A DNA stretch of 64,000 nucleotides from Phoronis australis (Eukaryota > Animalia > Phoronida), in contig NMRA01000279.1 of assembly GCA_002633005.1 (NCBI GenBank), positions 337,397 through 401,396 on the forward strand. Reading direction: 5' to 3'. Position numbers and translations under genes: made by a program. The notes under the pieces are model-generated. The model did no database searches and was not told where the DNA came from. It saw only the letters and a list, made by a program, of their open reading frames with translations. This document shows positions 29,601-41,599 of this stretch, in pieces. Within the stretch, counting starts at the first letter, position 1, and each line of letters starts with the position of its first letter.

Positions 29601-32600
29601 ATCGTATCACATATCACAATATATAAAGATTAACCAGACTCTGGCTGGCGACTGACTGCCGCGAAGTCGATATCGGCGAGTGCCTCAGTTGAACAGGCAT
29701 CGGTAGAATAATCATGGGATAATCGTAAAAATAATCACAAACCTTACCTTTGTATGAGGTCGTGCTTACTTCCTCTCATAAAAGCACCCTTTTTACGCAA
29801 TCTCAGATTCAGTAGGCACGGCTGCAAGCCATTTCACCATGTATTTAAAGGGCTCGCGAAATCGAGGCTGGTAATCTATCACCACTAGTACACGCACGCC
29901 CTCTAGTTATTGTAGATTTTCCGAATAGCCCCATTATCATAATGACTACAGAATTTGTGGTCTAACCGTTTACACTTACTATAAAATCCTTGGTTCTTGA
30001 TTCTTTAAAGTAATAGCGAGTAACACAAATTTTGTTAATATTACCGTCCCAAGTTCAAACATATATATTTAGTGTTTTGTGGTCATTTTGTGAACACAGG
30101 CAATATTGTCAGTGTAAACGCAGGAGATAGTGTCAATGTGAACTTGGGCAATATTGTCAGTGTGAACACAGGTAATATAATGATTGTAAATTGGTCTCTA
30201 AAATAAGGGTTATAGACATTGACCTGCCTAAAACTTACTGCTTATAAAGATTGGAAGAAGTGAGAAATATTGTCAGTAAAGGTCGCTTTTGGAACCAAAG
30301 AACCGTACCTTGATATGGTATGTGTACAGCCGTTTCGTCCATATCTCATGGACTTAATTCACCACCAGGTGTGCCCACTTAACCCTTATCCTGCGCTAGG
30401 CGAGGTCAGCCGACATGCCATCCTATTAAAATGCGTTGGGTGTACTCAATCGACTATAATAAGTTACAGCTGGGCTGCGCTAGGAGAGTGCACTCACCCC
30501 AGGACACTAGTGATTTTCATTCAGAAATTGTAAGAGCCCCGGAATGTTGTTTAGATACGTGACCACCAGCATTCCATACTTCACAGTTTCCTCTACAGTT
30601 CTCCAATTTAAACCATATGGATGTGATTACTAGTTTGGGAGATATTGGCAGGTTTATGTAAGTGTAGACACATAGTTTCATTACATGGCTTGAGTCATAT
30701 GGGAGAGGATGACAGTGGATCAGTTTGCTTTCACCAAGGCTATGATAAAGACTTACACATGGTGAAAATCTCCATTAAATTCGCACAAGTTTTGTATTGA
30801 CTTCCTTTCTGTTAATTTAATATTTCCCCTTCAAATTTCCAATTTAAAATTGCTAGGTCATTAGTCTGGGTGACCTCCATAACAGCTTAGTTCACAGCAG
30901 TAGTGGTGACCTACTTAGCTCAGCACACAGGGAAAGAAGTCTGAATAGAGGCTCAGCAGGATAAGGGTTAAATGTGACCCAGTAATATACATAGTCTCAT
31001 TGAAAGAAGTCTTGTAAAACTCACATTTCAGGTTTTGCTGAAGCTCAGCCAATATAGAGGATGATAGAAAATGTGCAATTTTGTTAAACCTCATTGACAA
31101 GATAAAAAACTACCCTTCTTACGATACATGTATTTTGAATGATTGTATGAACTGTGATTGGTCTCTGAACACTGTATGATTGTGTGAACTGTTATTAGGA
31201 AGTTTCTGGTTATTCACTGCAGGGAAACCCTTGCTGACGCCAATCAGCATCATCGTCACGCCAACAGATGTCTGTCTGGCCAATGAAAATCATCAGTGGC
31301 CATTACCTAGGTTACAAGTTGCGCCTTCAGGCGACATCTTGAGGACACAGTTTGAACTAAAGGACAGGCAAAAGGTTTCAAATATTGCTCAATTGGTGAG
31401 TAATTGGCACTAGATTGTTATTCATGTGTCGAGGTATGACATAAAAGTCACTTCCTTTGTGTTTGTTGAGTTCTAGTGGTCTTCAAATCTGACGTGTTGT
31501 CAAAATATAAGTGTTAAAATTGTTGTTGTTTAGAGCATGTATGCTGTCTGTTCACTTGATGAATGAGGATGCCACAACTCTGAACCATTTAAGGAAACTG
31601 AGAAAAAAGGTTTTCGGACATAAGAACACTTATAAAATGTACTTGTAATAGTCAATGATGGTTTATGTTGAAGAATGCTTAATTCTAGTTTGCACTTGAT
31701 GACCCCAGTAAGCTGGGACTGCAAACTCATCTGCAGTCCCAGAGTGTACTCAAGCAGTCAATGACGAAGCCTAAATCTGAAACTGCCATTTTTCAGAAAT
31801 TTGGAATTTGTTACTTAACCTAAAATTATGACAAAGAAACCCAATATTTATTGATTTCAGCGAATCGTTAGTATCCCCAACTTTTATACGAAAACTGGCT
31901 TCTATTAGCTCTCGTAAATTGCTTTTTTTGTTCACAAAAGAACAAATGTGTAGCTAATATGATTATCATGTAGTCATAAATGAGACTACACTACACTTGA
32001 CTTCCAAACAATGGCAACTTGCACCGATGTTGCACTTGTTTATTATGTCGTGTATGAGCTTTCTGCAAAATATTTGAATCTTTGTTTTTCTGTTCATTCG
32101 GCATTCTTTTAACGATAATCCTGTTGGCCACTTCTGCAACCAATTGTTTGCACACTGTGACTGCGTCTCGCACAACACTCCTGTTGGTCACTCCTTGTTC
32201 TTACCACAGTGTTATCTCCCATGGTACTGCAGCGCCCTCTATGTTTCGATTTTGGGGCCAAGAATAATGCTTTGCCATGTTCAAATTCTGTACCATGGTT
32301 ACCGTCAGAAAATATTTTGAAAAACTGTGAGCATTCACAACAATGTTATTCGAACTTTTAAAATGAAGAAAGGGTAATTTTGGTGATTAATTTTTTCACT
32401 CAGACATACAAGTTGTGAAGTGTCATGTGCACACCTCCTACAAAACACCGGGTAGGGGAATTTGCTGTTTGTGACTGTCTTGTTGGTCTAATCCATCAGT
32501 TTTGCTAGAAAGTATGAAAATAATTTGGAGTAGATAAGACCCAGGGTCCAAACATAATCATGGCGAGTTGTCAAGAAATTTGACCAATAAAGCCCTATAA

Positions 32601-33013
32601 CTTAACCTGTAATTGATTTTTGCATATTCTGTGAAATGTCTTCATACACTTCTCCTGGTCTTGCTCTTCTCCCTTTACTGCTTCTCCCGTTATAGCGGAG
32701 CTAACCATGAACAGACCTGCATGCTGGATGCTAGTGTGATTACTGAACCTAAGGTTGAAAGTTGCTCCACATGCAGCTCACTATAGGGCTCGAGATGTTT
32801 TTCCAAGAAATTTTTGATGACCTCGGCTCATTTTTCCAGGAAACGTTTCCAGACAATCAGCTTCAGGTGGCTGTGAACTTCTTCAACGAGGACTCGAGCG
32901 AGGACTTCACCTGGACACTAACGTTTACCACACTGAACTCCAAGCTGTGCTTTATCGACTCTCTGAAAGAGCCATGGGAGGCCTTATTTGGTGTGGACTT
33001 GACAGTATTGTGA
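3256..33013 (+). CDS. STK11IP: Serine/threonine kinase 11-interacting protein (LIP1): LRR N-terminus, CxxC..CxxC motif, Ser-rich region, PH-like C-terminus; about 1362 aa, 24 coding exons
   Basis: Exons with GT-AG borders and consistent phases: 3256-3325, 4244-4443, 5964-6131, 6758-6865, 7455-7526, 8141-8270, 10959-11062, 11512-11598, 12456-12497, 12730-12958, 13533-13744, 14315-14546, 15509-15681, 15988-16110, 16975-17046, 17562-17679, 19679-19871, 20664-20707, 21521-22410, 23266-23363, 24879-25060, 26170-26364, 31223-31395, 32840-33013 (4089 nt). The translation contains LFFLYDVVQKTLSLK, ICSRSL, SCGGDMSAAMSW, LRRs (IDLSHNSL, LLLRGNNL, LDLSFNSL, LGENPLSFHENHR), CFKC/CPYC, VDHRLKLHL and EPWEALFGVDL, which match STK11IP as I recall it. 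Confidence 0.93.
4495..5315 (+). mobile_element. Non-autonomous Helentron/HINE-like repeat
   Basis: T-rich start, (CGTC)n-like microsatellite, recurring GCCCCCTAGTGG/ATGAAATTT cores, and a 3' hairpin followed by GCTCTTGTT. Related cores occur at about 18960-19310, 39330-39610 and 58850-59800. Confidence 0.55.
9300..10891 (+). repeat. Near-identical second copy of 11506-13105 (STK11IP exons 8-10); probable haplotig/assembly artefact
   Basis: The same exons recur at 9306-9392, 10239-10280 and 10513-10741, and the ORF track shows an identical 124-aa ORF at 10495 and 12712. Scattered SNPs and indels separate the copies. This copy is bounded by single N at 9299 and 10892 and lies upstream of exon 7. 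Confidence 0.85.
14605..14670. repeat. (CA)n microsatellite
   Basis: Run of CA dinucleotides with a few interruptions. Confidence 0.95.
14700..15265. repeat. Degenerate ~39-bp minisatellite
   Basis: Recurring GCTTAGTAGT(GA/TT)ACTACTTGACTTAC units. Confidence 0.85.
17312..17503. mobile_element. Fold-back MITE-like element (~190 bp)
   Basis: Nested inverted arms AATAAGAAGACA/TGTCTTCTTATT, AATTGGTTAA/TTAACCAATT and TTTGATGTAAAACGCACA/TGTGCGTTTTACATCAAA. Confidence 0.75.
17753..17990. repeat. 20-bp minisatellite, about 11 copies
   Basis: Tandem TGCTCTTTT(C/G)TCATTAATA(C/T) units. Confidence 0.95.
18393..18812. mobile_element. MITE with imperfect TIRs
   Basis: The left end AAGCAGCATTTACACGGGAGAC..TTGTCACGGAGCAAGT matches the reverse complement of the right end, AAGCTGTTTTTACACGCGGAACCGTTGTCATGGTGCGAGT. 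Confidence 0.6.
19558..19578 (+). CDS. STK11IP: Candidate 21-nt symmetric microexon of STK11IP (adds GLKMNWE)
   Basis: Acceptor ctttttgttgtcag and donor AAG|gtaaag. Phase 1-1 matches the flanking exons 17562-17679 and 19679-19871, the frame has no stop, and the downstream intron is 100 nt. Confidence 0.5.
19867..20058 (+). repeat. 54-bp tandem repeat (about 3.5 copies) starting at a splice donor
   Basis: GTGAGTCAGACAACAAG at 19872, 19926 and 19980, with a GCGAGT variant at about 20034. Confidence 0.9.
24709..24798. mobile_element. Small hairpin MITE (~90 bp)
   Basis: Inverted arms TACAGGGGTCT..GAACCAGTTT and AAATTGGTTC..AGACCCCTGTA. Confidence 0.6.
25040..25302 (+). repeat. ~33-bp tandem repeat (about 8 copies) spanning a splice donor
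   Basis: AGTTTATAAGTGGCCTCACATGTAAGTGACCTT-like units; the first unit includes the last ~20 nt of exon 24879-25060. Confidence 0.9.
26860..27780 (+). pseudogene. THAP zinc-finger relic (transposase N-terminus), split by an intron
   Basis: YYC*FPWCKSSTGGHKFPKDLRLLYSWTIAVNR..VW..KPRVCS runs up to a donor at 27081/27082. An exon from 27727 then reads GKKKQLKPTA*PSI, the THAP AVPTIF box. Stops and frameshifts are present. Confidence 0.72.
28140..28600 (-). pseudogene. YqaJ/lambda-exonuclease-like ORF relic
   Basis: Reverse strand reads FHTPAVLHGTMCKSVALEKCESQY*VTIRQC..GVSVYPDELYLTAT..SLVGEDAL, then FPFLEE..KLKK..VFTFKGLIVDVIE..KLDLFYKRFYRP. This follows the YqaJ motif order, with stops. Confidence 0.72.
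29748..29840 (-). pseudogene. SAP-like first-exon relic of the YqaJ ORF
   Basis: Reverse strand reads LRKKGAFMRGSKHDLIQR followed by AG|gtaagg, just inside the right TIR. Confidence 0.55.
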
Positions 33014-36000
33014 AATAACTCAATATCCACTATACTTGCCATCATTTCCATAGGGGCCATAATGAAGACTAGACTCCAAAATTGACCAATCGAGTTGAAG
33101 AAATTAGTGGAAGGATAGGACTTGAGTGGTCAGTTTTTGAGTCAAGTTTCAAGTTAGTTTCCTGGTCATGAGTTCAGGCCTGGGTTGTGCAAGTATGTCT
33201 TTTGGGTAATGTTGTTGTGGGATATCATAGGCTCAACTGGGATAGAGTGTGTGCATCTGTCATGATTTCATCCAATGTGGATTATTATTTATGCAATCAG
33301 ACATTGTGATCTGTTTTATCAACAGTGATACTGACATCTGAAGGTGTCACATTCGTTGTACTCAGTCTGGTTTACGAATTAATGTTGCCCTTACTGTGTT
33401 TAACTCAGCGTCAAGGTTGTCATCATAGTCCTGTGGTGTAAGTCATTTGAACTGAGACCTACAGGCATGATTCAGCTATTACCATGCGAACAACCATTTT
33501 AAAAAGGGTCTAGTTCTATTCCTGTTCGTTTCTTACAATCTTAATACCATACTCTTCTGGGTAAACACCCATCTTCTGCTCAATGTCCACCCCTAAATTC
33601 CAAATTTTTACTTTTAAAAATCCCGCACAATCAAGACCGCCATAGAAGTATCGGTGTCAGCACCGTTCTCATGAGAATTTTAACTCCTAAAAGGTACTAG
33701 GCAACTTGCATACGTTTGGGCAATGAACTGTCAGAGGCTCCCTAACGTATTCTGGTGGAACAATGCTTCCTTTTCACTGATGGAGGCGTGAAATGGTTCC
33801 ATTTTCATTGGCTCATACGCATTCTGTGCAAAAATGTTTTAAGTATTTGTGTGAGCAAATTGAACTTGCGAGTAACCACCCATGCCAGTCTTCCCAAAAT
33901 GTTCAATGCACATTCTTGCCAGAGTGCACACCCTATTTCTTAATGTATTAATTTAAGCACCCTGGATGTCAACCTGGGATGAGTACAGTATTATTATTAG
34001 TCAAAATGCTTTTCAATGTACTGATTTATAAATAAATGTTCATTCACAAGCCAATTATGCTGTATACATGATGAACTTATGGTGGTGTTTCAATCTTGGG
34101 AGGGTTCATTGTTAACACTGTTCTGCTGTATCTATTTTAAGTCATTACCAAAGAAAGAATTGGAGAAGGCAGCTTTATTACTTTATGACATGTAAGCTTT
34201 TATCTGCAGGAGTTTGAGCACTTCACGACCAGATTGTATGAAGATCTCTAAATGTTTGTGTAGAGGTCACCAGCAGCCCAGGTTTTGAAGCTAATTACCT
34301 TCTATATCGAGTGTTGACCATTGCATACATCGAGGGTTTGTCAATACCTGGGGTTTGTTTGACTTCTAAGCTTAAGTCAAAAATTTCATCTTATGCTTAT
34401 GGAAACTGTCAACCTTCATGAAGTTCTTTCACATTTCATCGAACAATTGAACTGTTCAATTTGAACCCATGAAATATATATTTTCGAAATCCTCAAAATT
34501 GTGAAAAATTTAAAGATCTGGAAATAGGTGACGAAGATTTGCACATAACCGATGAACATGATGAAAATTTATGGATAGCAAATGAAAGTAAAGATGACTA
34601 TTTTTGATGCAATCCTTGAATATTATATTTATAAAACAACATTTCATGAAGATTGGCAATTACCTAAATCTCACTTAAGCAAAGTTAGAAGCCTTCAAAA
34701 ATTCCCATAAATTAAATTAAACTTTGATTGGATAACAGTTACATGGGAAAAACTTTATTCATTCAAAGTGGGAGCATTCGACAAACTTTCCGACTTCAGC
34801 ACAGTCATTATTATTCATCATACGTCATTATCATATTTTGCATGCTACCATAAATTTCAAAAGTTTTGAATTAGCCTTACGTATTATGGTTTTCATTATG
34901 TGTTATGTGCACTACCTGCTTTGTTGCATAATATATTTTTTGATAGCTTTCCAATTTCCTGGTAACCTGTAACAAATTTTGGGTGCCAGAGGTAGTCAAG
35001 ATTACGTACCTTTGGGTCACTTTTGGCCACTCAGCTGAGTTGTGTCATGTTTTGTGACCTTTTTATGATAAAACTTACGGCGACTTCATCGCTGGCCAGT
35101 TAATAGGCATCGTTATGTTTATTTCGGTAATTCTGTCAGATAATGAGATCTCAAACTGTCAACAAAGTCAAGCCACTGAGCTGTAAACTTATGTCTATGA
35201 TTTTATTCACTAAATATATGTTTTACAATGTGCAGATTTCCATTGCTTTCCAGATTTAAAAACAAAATCAAAAGCTGGTCACCCTCCCACTACCTAATAT
35301 CTTATACTATCAAAACAAAATTTCTTAGACATTGATCAATCTAAGAAACTTTGTGTATAAAAGAATTATGGTACCACAATTGATAAAAAGTCAGTCACAC
35401 AAAACTCTGGAATAGTTGTCCCAAATGACTTTCAATGGCAGAGAACAACCATTGACGGTCACATGATCAAGAGTTGCTCTCCGTTAAATGTGACCTGGCC
35501 ATACTTAAAGTGGAATTTACACGCTAATCTCTGTGATTTCTTGGTCAAATTAGTTTTACATAGCTCATAGTGATGATGTGCATAAGAAGTAGGTTGAAAA
35601 TTGCCAAATGTTCTTAAGAACAAGTTTTGTGCCGTAAATCACTCAACCATGTCCAGTGAGTATCCTGACGTAGTGTCGGGGAATAACACTGCATGATGCA
35701 GGCTCTGTGAGTCCCCAAGGTACGTCATTAGTGCAAAGGTCACCTATTTACTTGATTTTTTTGTTTCCACATTTACAAGTTTTCAATATATACAACTGCA
35801 CTTTGTTTAGCGTACGTGATGTTCAAATAGCATGGTCGTTTAATTCCTGCTATACATTAGCACAGTTAGGAGCATGCAAATACATTGAAAAATACTGTTC
35901 GTTTCCCCCTTGCCCCATCCTCCCTTAATTGCAATTCATTTGGAAAAAATTATTTTTCTACACTGCATTGTTGAGGTGCATTAATTTGTGTTGCAGAAAT

Positions 36001-36054
36001 AATGATTTCTGTTTTATATTAATTTTGAAAAAAATGTAATTTTCTGAGATTGCA

Positions 36055-36060
36055 AATAAA
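36055..36060 (+). terminator. Candidate distal polyadenylation signal of STK11IP
   Basis: AATAAA followed by a T/G-rich tract where the strand base skew flips. A more proximal AATAAA lies at about 34031. Confidence 0.4.
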
Positions 36061-36371
36061 ATGTTTTGAGTTGCTCACAAACTTTACAGTCAGGTCGTGC
36101 GAGTTGAAACAAAGATAAGTTAAATTCACGCCCTATCACAACACACCATCATAACTGAAAGTCCTACCACGAAAACCTATGCCACAAAAAATAACGAGCG
36201 AGAAATGATTCACATTTAATGTTCCAAAAGCAATGTATTCGAACAAAATTTTCACAGCAGACAAATGGGTTTGGGCATTAGTAACAAATGATGACACTCC
36301 GTTTAAATTTCTTTGCTTTGTTTCAAGACTACCCACACCTCAGCTGTATGCTATGTAGAAAAGCAAAACGA

Positions 36372-39300
36372 TCACCCTTTAAATTGAATATAAGCCAACA
36401 AGGGAAGGTGATCTGAGGGAAACTTGGCATTCGGCAAGAGAACGCTCTCGTTAATGGCATCCATTGGTGGAATGTCCAGCACCGCTGTGGCACGAAGGGT
36501 CTTGGAACTGAGCCACAAGTAATCGAGGCATTCTGAGAAAACATCTGTCGATCCCGGCAATGGAACGTCCAGATTGGTCGTCTTTGGTTCATGACCCTGA
36601 AACAAGTTATTTGTGAATAAAATTACAGTTGTAGAGCAAACATGGTTATTGTAACACAAAACGGCCATGATGTAATCCTAGACATCTTAATGACTAAACT
36701 GGAAATGCTAGCGTCACCGCCCATCAAGAGTAAAAATGTAAAAGCAAAGTAAATATTCATAGACTGGGCAATCTGGAGACCTGTGGTTCGATTCCCAGTT
36801 GGGGGTTTCTGATTTTTCTGTGTTTATTTGATATAAAAACAATGCATTAGATAATAGTAGTGTCAAAGCCATCACTTCAATCTCACATGGACATCACTTC
36901 GCATGTCAACCAAAAAACAAAGATTCTGGATTTCAACCATCCCAACTAAGAGTGTTGGCTACTTGTGATGGTCAACTATGCCGAAATTGCATTAAGAGGA
37001 ATATACTTAGGTTAATTAAATTGAGGAACATAAAAGTTGTAGCACGCATGGGCCCCAGGGAATTTTGCTAAGTATACGTGCGTATACTGAGTAATCAATT
37101 TGCCAAAATTAAATGATTGATCAAAATGTCTGTGACTACTGAGTGCAATTCAGTACCAAAAGCTGGTTAAAGCAACAGTGTACCATGTACTTACATCGCT
37201 CTATACGTGCCAACGGACACTTAATGCGAGTACAGCACACAAAAGAAACCCGTATGTATTACTTGTGCCTTAACCCAGGTTTGCGGCCACACAGGAATTT
37301 GAGAGGGGCACAAGTTACCCCACCTCTATAAGGTGGAGTAAGTTGTCACAAATGAGGTAAGTTGCACTAGTTTAACTAGCGTCCACACAGTCACCACACC
37401 TGGCAACAATTCGTTTTAGGAGTACCTTGTTCCACGGTAAGTCTGTGTGTGAAAGGCACAATAGACTTACCATTACGGATGAATAAGCGCTGACCAGTTG
37501 AGTGGTGATTTGGAAGTGCTGCTCCATCAGCTTACAGAAACTGTCTTCATTCTGTAACACACATGTCAACTTATAACTGACATCACGTAACCAGTTTGGG
37601 CTATTCAGAATTCATGGGGAGTAATAAAACATTATCTTCTCATCCAGGACCATAAACCTTTTGTTCAGCTGAGTTTACTGACACAGGTCAACTGAGATAG
37701 TTGTATGACTAAGAACAAGGTTCACAAAGAAGTACTTTCACTGACCTTGCAAATCCATTTAAACAGGCCTATTGTGTGTGAAGGTCACCCAGAATTTAAA
37801 AACATTCCCAAAATTCTTAGCCACCATGGGGACTAGTTACACCCTCCAAGCCCACAATGCTGGTCATCAAACACATTTTACGATAACTCACATAACATGG
37901 CACATGTTCAACTTTCACTCTTGTTATCTTCCTGCCTTGTAGAAACTCGTACGCAGGGTAGTTTACAGGAGTGTTGAAGTCTCCAACAAGCAGGTGAGGC
38001 ACATGTAGGTCACCAGCGAACTTCACCAATTCACTGGCAGCACAGCTCACCTGGAGTTAAAAATACACTTGTGGGGGAAAATTAGCAATCACAATCTCTT
38101 CCACTACCATCATCGCCATTATGATCATCATCATAAACAGAAACGTGGAGTTCAGATGAAGACCTATTCGTACATGTACATGCCGTTTTACATTACGCAC
38201 ATGTGCAGTGGAATGAGAATCTTGATTGACTCAGTGATCAGCCAGTCGGGATACAGTCGTGTTGTCATCAGTTTTGACAGTGGCAAACCAATGTTTACAT
38301 AGTCCAGCTCTCTTATTGTCTGCTTTCATCTGATAAGATCACTGACCTAATGTGGCAATTATGTTGTAAACCGATACTTAAAAATACTATTTGGAAACGA
38401 CTTTCAACAAATGTTGTGAAACAGATGTGTGTGATGAAATACTTTCACCAAAAATCTTCGAATGGAGAAAAACGGTTGACTTTCAGAGAAATTAGATTTA
38501 ACTTTCACTTGTTGATTCCTTTGTCTGAATAAGATCTGACTAGCTCAACCACAGTGCTGTGTACCAACACAAAAGGCAACTTTAATCGAGCATGATTCTA
38601 GATTAGATCGTGATAGTGGAAATTTCTTTGATTTTTACACTTCAGGAGAACGGTACGTAATGTCTTCAATTCTAACCATCATTCGGTCACTGAGGAATGA
38701 AAAGCAGCCTGACAGAACAAACAAAAGCATCCAATGAGAATCGAATACACATGGGTTCATGAGTTCAGAGCAATGGGACTGTGGAAAACAATTTGCCAAC
38801 TACACAATTGAATTTCCTAAAAAATGTGGCTACCTGTAACAGTTGTATGTCTGGTCTGCAAAGTAGTCCCCACATCACATGTAGATTCCCCACACAAATA
38901 GTTCTATTTGTTGTCAAGCAACGGAGTCTAAATAATAGCACTATCTGATCATACATGTGCAGTTCACTTTGGAGTCTTTCTTTGTCCTCTGATTTCAAGT
39001 CCACGTCCTGGAATGTAGAGAAGTACTCAAATCATGGACTAAACAAATCTTTAAGGTAAATTGTGAGCAAAAGTGAAACAGATACTATGAACAAGAGCAA
39101 TGCAGAGCATTGATATCCACACATCATGTGCACTGTAGATAGCGCATATACAAAACACGATCACTATTTTAAACATTACCAGTAAACTGAGCAATGATAG
39201 TAAACTTAATAATAGCCTATAGCGGGTGCAAAGCAAGACGGAAGTATTCTCCTCAATAGGAACATGCTTAGCACCTTCCATCTTAATTGTTCAAGAAGTT

Positions 39301-41599
39301 TGGAGGACAGGGAAAGAGACGACAAAGGAAACAAAAACAACAGACATGCCCCTAGAAGGTACACCGCAGGTCAAATTCATCTGAAACTTGGTTGGGTGTT
39401 GTTGTAAGCACGATAGTAATTAATGAATTTGCCAAATGTACAGAACATCCATCAAGGAACTTGATAGATGTCATGGCAAAAACAAAGGAAAACATTAAAA
39501 TTGCCACTAGGAGACACAGAAATAGTCAAATTTGTCCCAAAATCCACGCCAGTTGTACTCTCCTCAATAGAAACATGTGCTAAATTTCATAAAGACCCAT
39601 TAAGGAACTTCTATTGAGCCATACTTAAAAAAAACAAGATTCCCACAAAAGGACATTACCGCAGTCACACTCATTCAAAAGTCATTGTCAGCATAGAAAT
39701 TTTGCCCTGGAATGTCAACTCATCACACTGGACAGTTTAAATGTAGTGACTGTAAAGTGGAAACTATGTGGATCAAATAACAAGATGGCGACTCCTGTAG
39801 TCAGATAGCCACGGACAGTTTTAATTTCTCACCTGTATTAAAGTATCAGCTATGTTGGCCAGCAGACATGACCTCACGTCCAGCAGTTCAAACTTGTTTC
39901 TCTTGAAAGCAATCACAAGTCCTCTACTATCATTCTTGCTGGTGTATCCTTACAATGAACAACCACACGTTATTACCACGTCACACGTTACATTACAAGT
40001 AAAAACATCAATCAACAAGAGCGTTAAGTGACCAAGATATTTCAAGTGAGAAAATAAAACAGAGAGCACTGAGAAATATGGATTTAGATACAAGAATAAA
40101 TCAAGCTCGGACTTGAATACATGAATAAATGACGCATGATGTTGAGTAAATCAAGCATGGAGTTTAATTCATCAGTAAATTATGTACGGCCATGTTGAAT
40201 CCATAGTAAATCTTGGGGTCCATGGGTAAATCCAAGGTAACATTAAATTACACTATAAGCTGTAAGCAATCTAACAAAAAGGTGACTCGAAATCAATGAT
40301 TTCAAAAAAAGACTGGATTGAAAGTCAGTTTTGACCAATGTTTAAGAAATCATCTCAATATTACTTTGATTTTGGCTTCACTGCTTATTCAGTTGTTAAA
40401 TAATCAGTAAAAAACAAGAGACCCAATAAAGTACTCGCAATGCAGTCATCTTGTAATCATTAAGACATGGAATACCTTGAGAATTGCTGCTTTTATCAAG
40501 GGCTAGACACAGACACTTAATGATTCAACCACTCTAACTCTCTCACATTTATTTGGATGTCCAGTTGAAACTGTTTGCACTTACTTTAGCATACCTGATG
40601 GTAGACACCAAGTTCTACGATCATAATGACAGTCAGAGAATCTACATAACCATTGGTTTCAATGGCTACCAGCAGACGAACAGGGGCAAAATTCTAGTCA
40701 CACATTTACCAATCTTGTTTAAGTCAGCCTCAAGTTTGTCTTGAAAGTGATGATCTTCTACTTCTTGAAGGCAAATTATGTCCGCATCATATTCTTGTAG
40801 TTCTTTCATTATCCTGGGGTGGCGCCACTTGAGGTACCTCTCCGATGTACTTAGATGCGTGTAACCATCCTTGATAAACTTGTCCGCTGAAAGTACCACG
40901 AAAATTGTTATTTTGGCAACAGTCAGGGGTTCCCAGATTTTGAGAACCAGTTTGATGTCTGTTATGTAGTGGAGAAAACTGGTTCTAGAAGTCAGCCCAG
41001 TAATTAGATACAATGCATCATTCATCAAAATCACACTTAGTCATTTTAATGCATTACAGTTGAGATGTCTGCAAAGTAGTAAACTGAAGGCTTTGCTGAG
41101 TCCACTATGCTTCAACTTGCCTATTTCAGTCAGACCACAGGTATTTGAGAAACAATATTTCATCCAGCAACACGATTTTTATGATTTTAATCAGTGTGAG
41201 CGATAATTGGGCGTATGGAGGGAGTATGGAATGGGCACCGTCCGTTTATTATACCAGGTCTGTACGCTAGTAGCGTACAGACCTGGTATAATGTCTACTC
41301 CTTACGATGTACCGTCGCCTGGTCTTTGCAACATCTTTCACACAATGACTGCACTGCAGTTTCACCACAGACAACAGCACGAACAACTATAAGTATTAAT
41401 ACCCTAATTCACTAAAAACGTGTCTTTTACCCAAGATATTGTAGGTTACGATACTGAAGGAATGTTTTAGCCAATGTAGGTCATTTTCCATTTCACTTTC
41501 TCCTTTATCCACCGATCTCAACTTCCTGGGATGGACTGAAAACCCTTCCAGAAGACCTAAGTCAAGTTCGGAGGGCTCTGACACTCTATACAGAGACAT
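36372..41599 (-). CDS. CCR4/Angel/nocturnin/PDE12-like endonuclease-exonuclease-phosphatase (EEP) family protein, 366 aa, 7 coding exons
   Basis: Exons 41599-41431, 40886-40710, 39948-39833, 39007-38834, 38050-37892, 37551-37471 and 36596-36372 (1101 nt, phases consistent). Motifs TYNILAD, DIICLQEV, VGNLH, LVGDFN, LDYLW and FPSDHLPL are present. An in-frame TAA lies just upstream of the ATG; the acceptor of this exon is at about 41620. Confidence 0.9.
41248..41292. repeat. Perfect 45-bp palindrome (22-bp arms, 1-nt loop)
   Basis: ATTATACCAGGTCTGTACGCTA-G-TAGCGTACAGACCTGGTATAAT. Confidence 0.97.

Larger units (their letters stand above)
26743..29937. mobile_element. Decayed ISL2EU/PHIS-like DNA transposon (3.2 kb) in an STK11IP intron
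   Basis: Inverted termini ATAATGGGGCTATTCGGA (26743-26760) and TCCGAATAGCCCCATTAT (29920-29937), plus a second inverted block TGTACTAGTGGTGAT/ATCACCACTAGTACA. It contains a THAP relic on + and SAP and YqaJ relics on -, facing each other. Confidence 0.8.
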
